Assembly: GCA_044336985.1 (NCBI GenBank) | Contig: JBIIOK010000002.1 | Coordinates: forward strand, 4,199-68,198 | From: Pirellulales bacterium | Lineage (GTDB): Bacteria > Planctomycetota > Planctomycetia > Pirellulales > UBA1268 | Length of the DNA: 64,000 nucleotides | Direction: 5' to 3' | Shown: positions 1-10,182 of the stretch, piece after piece | Layout of the letters: the number at the start of each line of letters is the position of its first letter | How positions within the stretch are numbered: position 1 is the first letter of the stretch | Program-made: the position numbers and the translations under genes | The notes under the pieces: generated by a model | Database searches by the model: none | Told to the model about the DNA's origin: nothing | Seen by the model: the letters and a program-made list of their open reading frames with translations, nothing else

Positions 1-38
1 CACCGGGGATTGCCGCCGGGAAAAACCAGCCAAACCGC

Positions 39-536
39 CTAAGAATCTGATCGATCGCGGGGGGGATCGCAAGGCAGGAGCACGAGACCCCGGGAAGAGA
101 AAGCATAGCCCCACTGAATGGTCGAGGGCAGGGTGAGGCCCGCCAGCGGCGGCGCGACGGCCGCGGGCCCCGATGGGCCGTGGTAGGTCGATCCCAGCCA
201 GACCGGCGGCTCGTTGCAGCGGCAGGCGATCTCGAAGAGGGCTCGATCCGGGTCGAGGGGATCGGGGCCGATGCACGCCGAGAAGTGCGACCGTCCGGCG
301 AGCCCCACGCCGAGGACGGCCGCGCCGCGTGGCGTCTCGAGGCGCGACAGTTCCACGATCACGGGCGATGCCGGCCAGCGCGGGTCGCCATCGGGCCGCG
401 GTCCCTCGACCGATTCCCACACGCTCCCGTCGCGGAGCGTCACGCGGTGCGACCAACGGTCGCCCGCCCAGGTGAAGGCGACCGTCACCGGGCCGATCGC
501 GAGCGTGAGTGGGGCGTGCGGTCCGAAGGCGGCCAT
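39..536 (-). CDS. hypothetical protein (165 aa)
   Basis: ORF 39..743 trimmed to the internal ATG (MAAFGPHAPLTLAIGPV...). No motif recognised. The upstream part of the ORF is Arg/Pro-rich read-through. Confidence 0.45.
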   Translation of the reverse strand: MAAFGPHAPLTLAIGPVTVAFTWAGDRWSHRVTLRDGSVWESVEGPRPDGDPRWPASPVIVELSRLETPRGAAVLGVGLAGRSHFSACIGPDPLDPDRALFEIACRCNEPPVWLGSTYHGPSGPAAVAPPLAGLTLPSTIQWGYAFSSRGLVLLPCDPPRDRSDS

Positions 537-605
537 GCGAGACGAGAACTGCAGGGTGGGGGGGCGGGACGCTCGTGGTCGAGCGCCGCGGACGCGGCGG
601 AGGTA

Positions 606-631
606 GCATACGCTCGTCGTTTCCCTTCCGG
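606..631 (+). repeat. fragment of family B repeat (right-arm region only)
   Basis: GCATACGCTCGTCG matches 14/14 with the B copy at 21003-21016 and is followed by a degenerate TTCCGG arm. Confidence 0.4.
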
Positions 632-645
632 TATGGAGTCCTCCC

Positions 646-1557
646 GTGGAACCTCGCCGCTCGCTCGGCTGGCCGATCCTGCTGGGCGTCGTGCTCATCG
701 GGTCGATCATCGCGCTGGGCGTGGGCTGGGTGCTCGTGAGCATCGCCGCCGCGCTCGGCTCGGAGAACGCGGCCTTCTACTACGCGGTCCTCGGGGTCGG
801 CGTGGCCCTGCTCGTGCTCGTGCTCGTGGGGGTGATCGTCTACCTCGCGCTCACGGTGAAGGCGATCGCGCTTTCGCAGCGGCAGAGCAACTTCATCGAC
901 AGTGTCACGCACGAGCTCAAGAGCCCGCTCGCCTCGCTCAAGCTCTACCTGCAGACGCTCACCCGTCGGCCGGTCTCGTCCGAGCAGCAGGCCGACTTCC
1001 ACCGCTTCATGCTGCAGGACGTGGAGCGGCTCGACACGCTCATCGATCACCTGCTCGACGCCGCCAAAACGCTGCAGCGGCGGCCGGCGCAGGCGACGGA
1101 GACCGCGGCGCTCGAGCCTGTGCTCGTGCGGGCCTGCGCGAATGCCGTGCGGCGGTATGGCGTGCCCGAGTCGAGCGTGCGGCTCGACTGCGATGCCGGC
1201 CTGCGGGTCCGCGGCCGCGAGGCCGATCTCGAGATCGTGTTTCGCAATCTCGTCGACAATGCGGTGAAGTATTCGCTTCCCGAGCCGCTCGTCGAGGTGA
1301 CGGCGCAGGCCACAGCGCAGGGCAGGGTGGTCGTCCTGGTATCCGACAACGGCCCCGGTATCCCGATCTCGCAGCGGACCAACGTCTTTGGCCGGTTCAC
1401 GCGGCTGGGGAGCGAGCTCGAGCGTTCGACCCCCGGCACTGGCCTCGGCCTGTTTCTCGTGCGGTCGCTGGTGAAGCAGCTGCGCGGCAAGGTAACAGTC
1501 AGGGGCCGCCTGCCCGACCGCGGCACGATCATGGAAGTGGAGATCCCGGCGGCCTAG
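646..1557 (+). CDS. sensor histidine kinase (two TM segments, HisKA and HATPase_c)
   Basis: GTG start. H-box FIDSVTHELKSPLASL, N-box LVDNAVKYS, G-boxes DNGPGIP and GTGLGLFLV. Confidence 0.9.
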   Translation: MEPRRSLGWPILLGVVLIGSIIALGVGWVLVSIAAALGSENAAFYYAVLGVGVALLVLVLVGVIVYLALTVKAIALSQRQSNFIDSVTHELKSPLASLKLYLQTLTRRPVSSEQQADFHRFMLQDVERLDTLIDHLLDAAKTLQRRPAQATETAALEPVLVRACANAVRRYGVPESSVRLDCDAGLRVRGREADLEIVFRNLVDNAVKYSLPEPLVEVTAQATAQGRVVVLVSDNGPGIPISQRTNVFGRFTRLGSELERSTPGTGLGLFLVRSLVKQLRGKVTVRGRLPDRGTIMEVEIPAA

Positions 1558-1601
1558 CCGCGCGGTCTTTTCCGACGAGGCGAGGCTGGTCTAATCGGAG
1601 C

Positions 1602-3281
1602 ATGAATCCCACACACACAGCCCACCACGGCGGCCACAAGGCCACCACCCCTGCCGTCGACGTCGTGCCGATCCGGCGGGTGCTCGTCAGCGTGTTCGAC
1701 AAGACCGGGATCGACCGCCTCGCCAAGGCTCTCAAGAAGGCGGGCGTGAAGGTCGCCAGCACCGGCGGCACGAGCACGGCGTTGGCCAGCCACGGCGTCG
1801 CCGTCGAAGACGTCTCCGCGATCACCGGCTTCCCCGAGGTGCTCGACGGCCGCGTGAAGACGCTCCACCCCAACATTTTCGCCGGCATCCTCGCCCGCGG
1901 CGACCGGCCCGACGATCTCGCCGTGCTCAGCGAGCACGGGATCGAGCGTTTCGACGCCGTGATCGTGAATCTCTACGCCTTCGAGAGCGTGATCGCCAAG
2001 CCCGACTGCCAGCCCGCCGAGGCGATCGAACTGATCGACATCGGGGGCCCGAGCCTCGTGCGGGCGGCCGCCAAGAACCATGCCTTCACGGCGGTGGTGA
2101 CGAGCCCCGACCAATACGACGATTTTCTCGCCGCCCTCGACCGCGGCGGCACCACGCTCGCCGAGCGGCGGCTCCTCGCCGCGCGGGCCTTCGAGCATAC
2201 GGCCGGCTACGACGCCGTGATCTCGCGGTGGATGGCCCGCCATGCCGGGCTCGTGGCCGCACCGGGCAATCCGGTTGCGTCCAGCCGAGATGTCGATGCG
2301 GGCGATGCCCCGCCGCTCGCGGCCCGGTTCGCGCTCGACCTCGAGCAGCGGCTGCCGCTGCGCTACGGCGAGAATCCGCACCAGTCGGCGGCGATGTATG
2401 CCCCCGTCGGCTCGCACCTCGGCCTCGCGGGGCTCAAGCAGCTCTGCGGCAAGGAGCTCTCCTACAACAACCTGCTCGATCTCGACGGCGCCACGCGGCT
2501 CGCCGGGCTCATCGAGGAGCCGGCGGCCGTCGTCGTGAAGCACACGAATCCCTGCGGCGCTGCGAGCGCCGTGACGGTGGCCGAGGCGCTCGCCACGGCC
2601 ATGGCGGCCGATCCGACGAGCGCCTTCGGATCGATCGTCGCGGTCAACCGCACGTTCGACCGCGCCTGCGCCGAACTGCTCCTCGCACCTGGTCTCTTCG
2701 TCGAGGTGATCGCGGCCCCCGCCTTCGAGCAGGCGGCCGTGGAACTGCTCACGACGAAGCCCACCTGGAAGGCGAGCGTGCGGCTCGTCGAGGTGCCGCC
2801 GGGCGACCCGTGGGAATCAACCGGGGGCATGGAGCTGCGAAGCATCGCCGGCGCGATCCTCGCCCAGCGTCCCGACGTGCTCTGCGACGATCCCGCCGCT
2901 TGGAAAGTGGTCACGAAGACGGCCCCGCCGCCGGCCCTCACGCAGCCGCTCGATTTCGCCTTCACGATCGTGCGGCGGCTCACGAGCAATGCGATCGCCG
3001 TCTGCCAGGGCACGAGCCTCGTGGGGGCCGGCATCGGCCAGACGAGCCGCGTCGACGCGACGCGGATTGCGCTCGAGAAGGCGGGCGACCGGGCGAAGGG
3101 GGGCGTGCTCGCCTCCGACGCCTTCTTCCCGTTCCCTGACTCGATCGACCTGATCAAGCGGGCCGGCATCGCGGCGATCGTCCAGCCGGGCGGCTCGAAG
3201 CGCGACCCCGAGGTGATCGCAGCGGCCGACGCGGCGGGCATCCCAATGGTATTCACGTCGCGCCGGCACTTCAGGCACTAG
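1602..3281 (+). CDS. purH: bifunctional AICAR formyltransferase / IMP cyclohydrolase
   Basis: ORF 180..3281 trimmed to ATG 1602. MGS-like N-terminus (RVLVSVFDKTGI, GGTSTAL, GRVKTLHP) and AICARFT C-terminus (VVVKHTNPCG, ASDAFFPF, IVQPGGSKRD, MVFTSRRHFRH). Confidence 0.95.
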   Translation: MNPTHTAHHGGHKATTPAVDVVPIRRVLVSVFDKTGIDRLAKALKKAGVKVASTGGTSTALASHGVAVEDVSAITGFPEVLDGRVKTLHPNIFAGILARGDRPDDLAVLSEHGIERFDAVIVNLYAFESVIAKPDCQPAEAIELIDIGGPSLVRAAAKNHAFTAVVTSPDQYDDFLAALDRGGTTLAERRLLAARAFEHTAGYDAVISRWMARHAGLVAAPGNPVASSRDVDAGDAPPLAARFALDLEQRLPLRYGENPHQSAAMYAPVGSHLGLAGLKQLCGKELSYNNLLDLDGATRLAGLIEEPAAVVVKHTNPCGAASAVTVAEALATAMAADPTSAFGSIVAVNRTFDRACAELLLAPGLFVEVIAAPAFEQAAVELLTTKPTWKASVRLVEVPPGDPWESTGGMELRSIAGAILAQRPDVLCDDPAAWKVVTKTAPPPALTQPLDFAFTIVRRLTSNAIAVCQGTSLVGAGIGQTSRVDATRIALEKAGDRAKGGVLASDAFFPFPDSIDLIKRAGIAAIVQPGGSKRDPEVIAAADAAGIPMVFTSRRHFRH

Positions 3282-3284
3282 GAT

Positions 3285-3410
3285 GGAGCTGCGATTTCGA
3301 GGCCGCGCGGATTGCCGCCGGAACGGCAGAAGTCTCCTCGCGGTGGCCCTCGAGGACTCGGTCCAAATGCTCGTCGAGCTTCCGCCGATTCCGGCGTTCA
3401 GCATCGATGG
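3285..3410 (+). repeat. family B hairpin repeat, copy B1 (arms 3317-3332 and 3379-3395)
   Basis: GCCGGAACGGCAGAAG ... ATGCTCGTCGAGCTTCCGCCGATTCCGGC. The same architecture occurs at 4266-4367 (inverted) and 20921-21035. Confidence 0.8.
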
Positions 3411-3436
3411 GGCTGTGTGCTGCCAGGGATAGAGAC

Positions 3437-4219
3437 ATGCCGAACGTGCTCGAAAAGATCGTGGAGCGGAAGCGGAAGGAGGTGGCGATTGCGCGGGAGC
3501 GCGTGCCGACCGCCGCGCTCGATGGCAGGCTCGCGGCGGCGTCGCCCGTGCGGGATTTTTTCGGCGCCGTGTCGCGGCCCGGGGGCGTCAATCTGATCGC
3601 CGAGTTCAAGCGCAAGAGCCCGTCGGCCGGTGAGATCCGGCCCGGGGCGACGGTCGAGGAGGTCGTCCGCGGCTACGAGGCGGCCGGGGCTGCGGCGCTT
3701 TCCGTGCTCACCGACGGCTGGGACTTCGGCGGCAGCCTCATCGATCTCGAGGCCGCGCGGATCGCCGTGCCGCTGCCGGTGCTGCGGAAGGAATTCATCG
3801 TCGACCGTTACCAGGTGATCGAGGCCCGGGCCCATGGGGCCGACGCGGTGCTCTTGATCGCCGAGTGCCTCGACGACTGCCACCTGCGCAGCCTTTATCG
3901 CGAGATCATCGATCTCGGCATGACGCCGCTCGTCGAGCTGCACGACGAGGAGAATCTGCCGCGGGTGCTCGATCTCGGGGCCACGCTCGTGGGCGTGAAC
4001 AACCGGAATCTCAAGACGATGACCACCGATCTCGACCACGTGCTCCGGTTGCGGGAGCGGGTGCCGAGCGACGTCGTGCTCGTGGCGGAGAGCGGCATCA
4101 AGACGCGGGCCGACGTCGAGCGGCTCGAAGCAGCCGGCATCGGCGCGATGCTCGTGGGTGAATCGCTCCTCAAGAGCCCCGATCCGGGAAAGGCCGCAGC
4201 GGCGCTGCTTGGCAAGTAG
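3437..4219 (+). CDS. trpC: indole-3-glycerol phosphate synthase
   Basis: MPNVLEKIVERKRKEV..., IAEFKRKSPS, SVLTD, LRKEFI, NNRNL, ESGI. The stop TAG lies inside repeat A. Confidence 0.93.
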   Translation: MPNVLEKIVERKRKEVAIARERVPTAALDGRLAAASPVRDFFGAVSRPGGVNLIAEFKRKSPSAGEIRPGATVEEVVRGYEAAGAAALSVLTDGWDFGGSLIDLEAARIAVPLPVLRKEFIVDRYQVIEARAHGADAVLLIAECLDDCHLRSLYREIIDLGMTPLVELHDEENLPRVLDLGATLVGVNNRNLKTMTTDLDHVLRLRERVPSDVVLVAESGIKTRADVERLEAAGIGAMLVGESLLKSPDPGKAAAALLGK

Positions 4220-4237
4220 GACAGGCTTCAGCCTGTC
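4216..4237 (+). repeat. family A hairpin repeat GTAGGACAGGCTTCAGCCTGTC
   Basis: 7-bp stem GACAGGC/GCCTGTC with loop TTCA. Contains the trpC stop codon (4217-4219). Confidence 0.85.
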
Positions 4238-4244
4238 GCTTGGA

Positions 4245-4385
4245 GACGACCCCAGACGGAGAGCCGCCGGAATCGGCGGAAGCTCGACGAGCATTTGGAC
4301 CGAGTCCGCGAGGGACACCGCGAGGATCCGAAGGAGTCGCGCAGCGACCGGCTTCTGCCGTTCCGGCGGCGCGTTGGGCGAGCAA
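4245..4385 (-). repeat. family B hairpin repeat, copy B2 (arms 4266-4282 and 4352-4367)
   Basis: Reverse complement of the B1/B3 architecture, flanked by family A units on both sides. Confidence 0.8.
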
Positions 4386-4407
4386 GGCAGGCTGAAGCCT
4401 ACCCTAC
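4386..4407 (-). repeat. family A hairpin repeat, GGTAGGC variant
   Basis: GGCAGGCTGAAGCCTACCCTAC. Contains the stop codon (CTA, 4404-4406) of the response regulator gene. Confidence 0.85.
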
Positions 4408-5117
4408 CGGACGAAGCGGTACCCCATGCCGCGGACGGAGAGGAAATGCACCGGCTTCGACGGGTCTTCCTCGAAGTATTTCCGCAGGTTGAGCATGAAC
4501 GTGTCGATCGTGCGCGTCGCCGGCGGGCGGGCCATGCCCCAGACCTTCGTGAGCAGCTCTTCCCGCGACACCACCACCCCCTCGTGCTCCACGAGATAAC
4601 GCAGGAGCTTCATCTCGAGGTTCGTGAGCTTGACCGGCTTGTCCTTGAAGCGGGCCTCCCAGGTATCGAAGTTGACCTCGGCATCGCCGAATCGGCAGGC
4701 GGTGCTGCGGCCGGCGCCGCCGTTCTCGGGGGCCGCACGGCCGGCGCGGCTGCGCCTGGCCAGCAGGTTGCGGACGATCGAGATCAGCTCCTCGAGATCG
4801 AACGGCTTCTGCAGGTAGACGTCGGTGCCGGCGTCGAACCCGCGAATCCGATCCTCCACCAGCGTGCGGGCCGTGAGCATGACGATCGGCACGTCGTTGC
4901 CCTGCCCGCGGATGGCCTCGCAGACGGCGTAGCCGCTCATGCCGGGCAGCATCAGATCGAGTACCACGAGGTCGACGGGGGGCTGGTCGGCTTCGAGCTG
5001 CGCGAGGGCGGATTGGCCGTCGCCGGCGGTCGTCACCTGGAAGCCCTCGGCCTCGAGGTTGAACTTGATGCCGATCGCGAGGTGTTCTTCGTCCTCGACG
5101 ACGAGGATGTGCGGCAT
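4404..5117 (-). CDS. OmpR/PhoB-family response regulator
   Basis: ORF trimmed to MPHILVVEDEE. Receiver motifs DLVVLDLMLPGMSG and LQKPF. Winged-helix C-terminus LTNLEMKLLRYL...VRGMGYRF. Confidence 0.92.
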   Translation of the reverse strand: MPHILVVEDEEHLAIGIKFNLEAEGFQVTTAGDGQSALAQLEADQPPVDLVVLDLMLPGMSGYAVCEAIRGQGNDVPIVMLTARTLVEDRIRGFDAGTDVYLQKPFDLEELISIVRNLLARRSRAGRAAPENGGAGRSTACRFGDAEVNFDTWEARFKDKPVKLTNLEMKLLRYLVEHEGVVVSREELLTKVWGMARPPATRTIDTFMLNLRKYFEEDPSKPVHFLSVRGMGYRFVR

Positions 5118-5121
5118 GGCG

Positions 5122-6162
5122 CTACCGCGCGAGCACGGTGCGCTCGCGGACAGGACGGGTGAAGCCGTGGTCGAGAAACCAACTCCAGGCGTCGCCCACG
5201 GTCGAATCAAACGGCCGGTAAGCATAGCCGAGTTCGGCCTGGGCGCGGGCGCAGGAGAAGTTGTGCGGCAGCATCGACATCGTCACGGCGGCCGAATTCA
5301 CCGGCAGCTCGCGGCGGGTGAAGAGGCTCGCGAGATCGCCCACCCAGCCGGCCGTCCGCACGATCGGCCGGGGCGCGATGCCCAGCGGCTGCATCCGCCC
5401 GGCGGCGCGGGCGAAGATCCGCCAGGCGTCGAGGTAGGAGAGCGTATGGCCGCCGAGGATGTAGCGGCGGCCGGTGCGGCCCGTCGTCATCGCCGAGAGG
5501 ATTCCCTCGGCCACGTCGCGGACGTCGACGAAGTCGTTGGCGCCGGGGGGAGCGAAGAGCCCCTTGCCCGAGCCCACCTCGAGCAGCATCCGACCGCTCG
5601 ACGGCTTCCAGTCCCACGGGCCGATCATGTAGACGGGGTTCACGATCACGGCATCGAGGCCGCGGCCGATCTCATCCTGCACGACGGCCTCGGCCTCGCG
5701 CTTCGTGACCACATAGGGGCACTCGGGCATGCCGCCGGGAGGCGTGTCTTCGTCGGCCGGGGCGCCGTCCGACCGCAGCCCCACGGCATCGACGCTCGAG
5801 ACGTGCACGAGCCGCGCGCCGGCCCGCCGCGCCGCCCGGGCGACGTGCCGCGTGCCCTCGACGTTGACGGCATGCATCTCGTCGCGGTGCCGCCAGCCGC
5901 AGTGCACCATCGCCGCCGAATGCACGACGAACGACGCGCCGTCGATCGCCTCCTGCAGCGCCCGCTCGTCGTGGAGCGGAGCCTTGGCGGTCTGCACATG
6001 GAGGCCGGCGAGTTCCCGGCCCGCCGAGCGGACAACCGCCCGCACGCTCTTGCCGCGCTGGGCGAGCAGCCGCACCACGTTGTTGCCCACGAGGCCGGTG
6101 GCGCCGGTGACGACGCAGTCGACGATCCGAGACACAGACGACTCGGTGGGCGCTGTGGTCAT
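5122..6162 (-). CDS. NAD-dependent epimerase/dehydratase family (SDR) protein
   Basis: ORF trimmed to MTTAPTE. Rossmann motif VVTGATGLVGNNVV and a YxxxK-like PYVVTK. Lies 4 nt upstream of the response regulator start, so probably an operon. Confidence 0.85.
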   Translation of the reverse strand: MTTAPTESSVSRIVDCVVTGATGLVGNNVVRLLAQRGKSVRAVVRSAGRELAGLHVQTAKAPLHDERALQEAIDGASFVVHSAAMVHCGWRHRDEMHAVNVEGTRHVARAARRAGARLVHVSSVDAVGLRSDGAPADEDTPPGGMPECPYVVTKREAEAVVQDEIGRGLDAVIVNPVYMIGPWDWKPSSGRMLLEVGSGKGLFAPPGANDFVDVRDVAEGILSAMTTGRTGRRYILGGHTLSYLDAWRIFARAAGRMQPLGIAPRPIVRTAGWVGDLASLFTRRELPVNSAAVTMSMLPHNFSCARAQAELGYAYRPFDSTVGDAWSWFLDHGFTRPVRERTVLAR

Positions 6163-6428
6163 GGGTTCTTCGGGGCGGAGAGGCGGAAAATCACGGCTGC
6201 AAACGGGCCGCGGGCAATGCGCGGGCAATAGTAGTTCGGCAAAAAACGCGGGGCGACTTTGGCAATCGGGAATTTTGCCGGCGTTGACGAGGTCGCTGCC
6301 CGCCCCTGAAGATGGCGTTTCCGTGGCCGGAAGTAGTTGCCATGCCACGGGTTCCGACTCGCCCGAGGCCCCTTTGTGGAGGGGGTATGCGTCGGCGGCC
6401 GGCAAGGGCATTTCTGCAGAGAGGACGT

Positions 6429-7577
6429 GTGAAAGTGGCGGATGTGGTGGTTCGACCGGTCGAGACGCGGGCCCAGCAAAAGCGGTTTGTGAACCTGCCG
6501 TGGCGGATCTACCGCGACGACCCCTGCTGGATGCCGCCCCTGATCATGTCGCAGGAGGAACTGCTCGGGTTTCGTCACTCGCCGTTTTACGAAAAGTCGA
6601 AGAGCCGGTCGTTCCTCGCCACGCGCGGCGGCACCGACGTGGGCCGGATCACCGCGATCGTCAACGCCGGCCACATCGAACGCTACAACGAGCAGCGGGG
6701 CTTCTTCGGCTTCTTCGAGTGCGACGACGATCCCGCAGCCGCGAAGGCGCTGTTCGACGCGGCCAAGGACTGGCTCCACGGCCAGGGCATGCAGACGATC
6801 CGCGGGCCGGTGAACCCGTCGCTCAACTACGAGTGCGGCCTGTTGATCGAGGGCTTCGACACGCCCCCCTTCTTCATGATGACGCACAACAAGCCCTATT
6901 ACGCCGGGCTCGTGGAGGCCAACGGCTTCGGCAAGATCGAAGACCTCTATGCCTTCTGGGGCGAGCTCTCGATGCTCTCGTCGCTCGATTCGAAGCTGGG
7001 CGTGATGGTGGAGGGAGTGAAGGAGCGGTTTGGCGTGAAGGTCCGCCCGCTCGACCGCAGCCGGTTCGACGAGGAAGTGCGGATGTTCCTCGACATCTAC
7101 AATTCAAGCCTGGGCGGCACCTGGGGCTTCGTGCCGCTCGCGCCCGCCGAGATCAATCACATGGCGGCGAGCCTCAAGCACCTGATCGTGCCGGAGCTGG
7201 CGCTTGTGGCCGAGGTGGATGGCAAGCCGATCGGCAGCGTCTTCTGCCTGCTCGACTACAACCCGCGGATCAAGGCGATCAACGGCCGCCTCTTCCCGCT
7301 CGGCTTCCTCAAGCTCCTCTGGAACAAGAAGGCGATCAAGCGGATGCGGGCGATCAGCACGAACGTCATCCCCGAATACCAGGCCTGGGGCGTGGGGCTC
7401 GTGCTCATGGCCGCCCTGGTGCCGCAGCTCTATGCCTGGGGCATGGAAGAGGTGGAGTTCTCCTGGGTGCTCGAGAGCAACCACCTCTCGAAGCGCTCGC
7501 TCGAACGCGGCGGAGCGATAGTTTCGAAGAAATACCGTATTTACCAGGACGACCCGCCGCGAAGCGGCGCGTCGTGA
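6429..7577 (+). CDS. GNAT-like N-acetyltransferase family protein (start uncertain: 6312, 6429 or 6435)
   Basis: The N-terminal pattern RPVETRAQQKRFVNLPWRIYRDDPCWMPPL and a C-terminal acetyltransferase-like core are typical of a ~380-aa conserved family as I recall it. Not verified. Confidence 0.6.
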   Translation: MKVADVVVRPVETRAQQKRFVNLPWRIYRDDPCWMPPLIMSQEELLGFRHSPFYEKSKSRSFLATRGGTDVGRITAIVNAGHIERYNEQRGFFGFFECDDDPAAAKALFDAAKDWLHGQGMQTIRGPVNPSLNYECGLLIEGFDTPPFFMMTHNKPYYAGLVEANGFGKIEDLYAFWGELSMLSSLDSKLGVMVEGVKERFGVKVRPLDRSRFDEEVRMFLDIYNSSLGGTWGFVPLAPAEINHMAASLKHLIVPELALVAEVDGKPIGSVFCLLDYNPRIKAINGRLFPLGFLKLLWNKKAIKRMRAISTNVIPEYQAWGVGLVLMAALVPQLYAWGMEEVEFSWVLESNHLSKRSLERGGAIVSKKYRIYQDDPPRSGAS

Positions 7578-7593
7578 ACCCCGCCTGCCAATC

Positions 7594-9444
<1,851 letters not shown>

Positions 9445-9453
9445 CTTTTCACA

Positions 9454-9532
9454 CGAAAGCCCGCAGCGCCAGCAAGGTCAAACCGTTCTCCACCCCGAAC
9501 CGCTCTCTCCTCGCTCGCGCGTCGGGCTTCCG
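9454..9532 (-). repeat. family C hairpin element, copy C1
   Basis: 24-nt inverted arms CGAAAGCCCGCAGCGCCAGCAAGG ... CCTCGCTCGCGCGTCGGGCTTCCG. Strand is given for the CGGAAG-first orientation. Confidence 0.85.
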
Positions 9533-9555
9533 TGGCAGCCGCGATCAACCGCTTG

Positions 9556-9900
9556 CTACCGGCGCCAACGGCGAGCGCCGCGGGTGGAATACGACCGCGG
9601 GGCGGGGCGGTAGGAGCCGCCCTGGATGATCGTGCCGGCGCCGCCGCCACCGCCGATCACGCCGCCGACGTAGACGCCCGAACTGCGGCCCGAGCTGCGC
9701 GAATAGCTGCGAGACGGCGCGTTGTAATAGGGCCAGACGACCTTCCCCTGCCGCTGGGCCCGCTCCCACTGCTGGGCGCCGTAGTTGATGCCCGAGAGGT
9801 TGAAGCTGGAGTAGGGGTTGCGGGGGCCGGCCGCGATCGCGGGCGTGGCAGAAAAAAGCACGAGGGCGAGGCAGGCAAGCAGGATGGCGGCGTGGCGCAT
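9556..9900 (-). CDS. small secreted Gly/Ser/Tyr/Arg-rich protein (114 aa)
   Basis: ORF trimmed to MRHAAILLACLALVLFSATPAIAAG (signal peptide). Contains a GGVIGGGGGAG tract. Bracketed by C1 and C2. Confidence 0.55.
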   Translation of the reverse strand: MRHAAILLACLALVLFSATPAIAAGPRNPYSSFNLSGINYGAQQWERAQRQGKVVWPYYNAPSRSYSRSSGRSSGVYVGGVIGGGGGAGTIIQGGSYRPAPRSYSTRGARRWRR

Positions 9901-9972
9901 GGCGACCTTTCGGGGGATGGGGTTCGAACGCCTATGTCTACGGGGCGGGGGCAACGACGGTTCGCTCATCTA

Positions 9973-10084
9973 CGAAAGCCCGCAGCGCCAGCAAGGTCCA
10001 TCCGCCTTCCACTCCAAACCGCGTCGCTCCCAACCGCCCCGCGAAAAACGCCCCAACTCTCCTCGCTCGCGCGTCGGGCTTCCG
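9973..10084 (-). repeat. family C hairpin element, copy C2
   Basis: Same arms as C1. The 64-nt core is closely similar to the core of C3. Confidence 0.85.
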
Positions 10085-10096
10085 TAGCAGCCACAA

Positions 10097-10120
10097 CGAA
10101 AGCCCGCAGCGCAAGCAAGG
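10097..10120 (-). repeat. family C solo arm
   Basis: CGAAAGCCCGCAGCGCAAGCAAGG with no partner arm, 12 nt after C2. Confidence 0.75.
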
Positions 10121-10160
10121 TGGCAGCCCGGGTTTTTCAACGGACGAAGCGGTCTACTGT

Positions 10161-10182
10161 GACAGGCTGAAGCCTGTCCTAC
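10161..10182 (-). repeat. family A hairpin repeat
   Basis: GACAGGCTGAAGCCTGTCCTAC. Contains the stop codon (CTA, 10179-10181) of the radical SAM gene. Confidence 0.85.

Noticed and set aside
180-1601. The 5' two-fifths of the 1033-aa ORF 180..3281, which would make a giant PurH
   Set aside because: This part is Arg/Ala/Gly/Pro-rich, as expected from an off-frame reading of GC-rich DNA. It overlaps the well-supported histidine kinase (646..1557) in another frame. PurH homology begins at the ATG at 1602.
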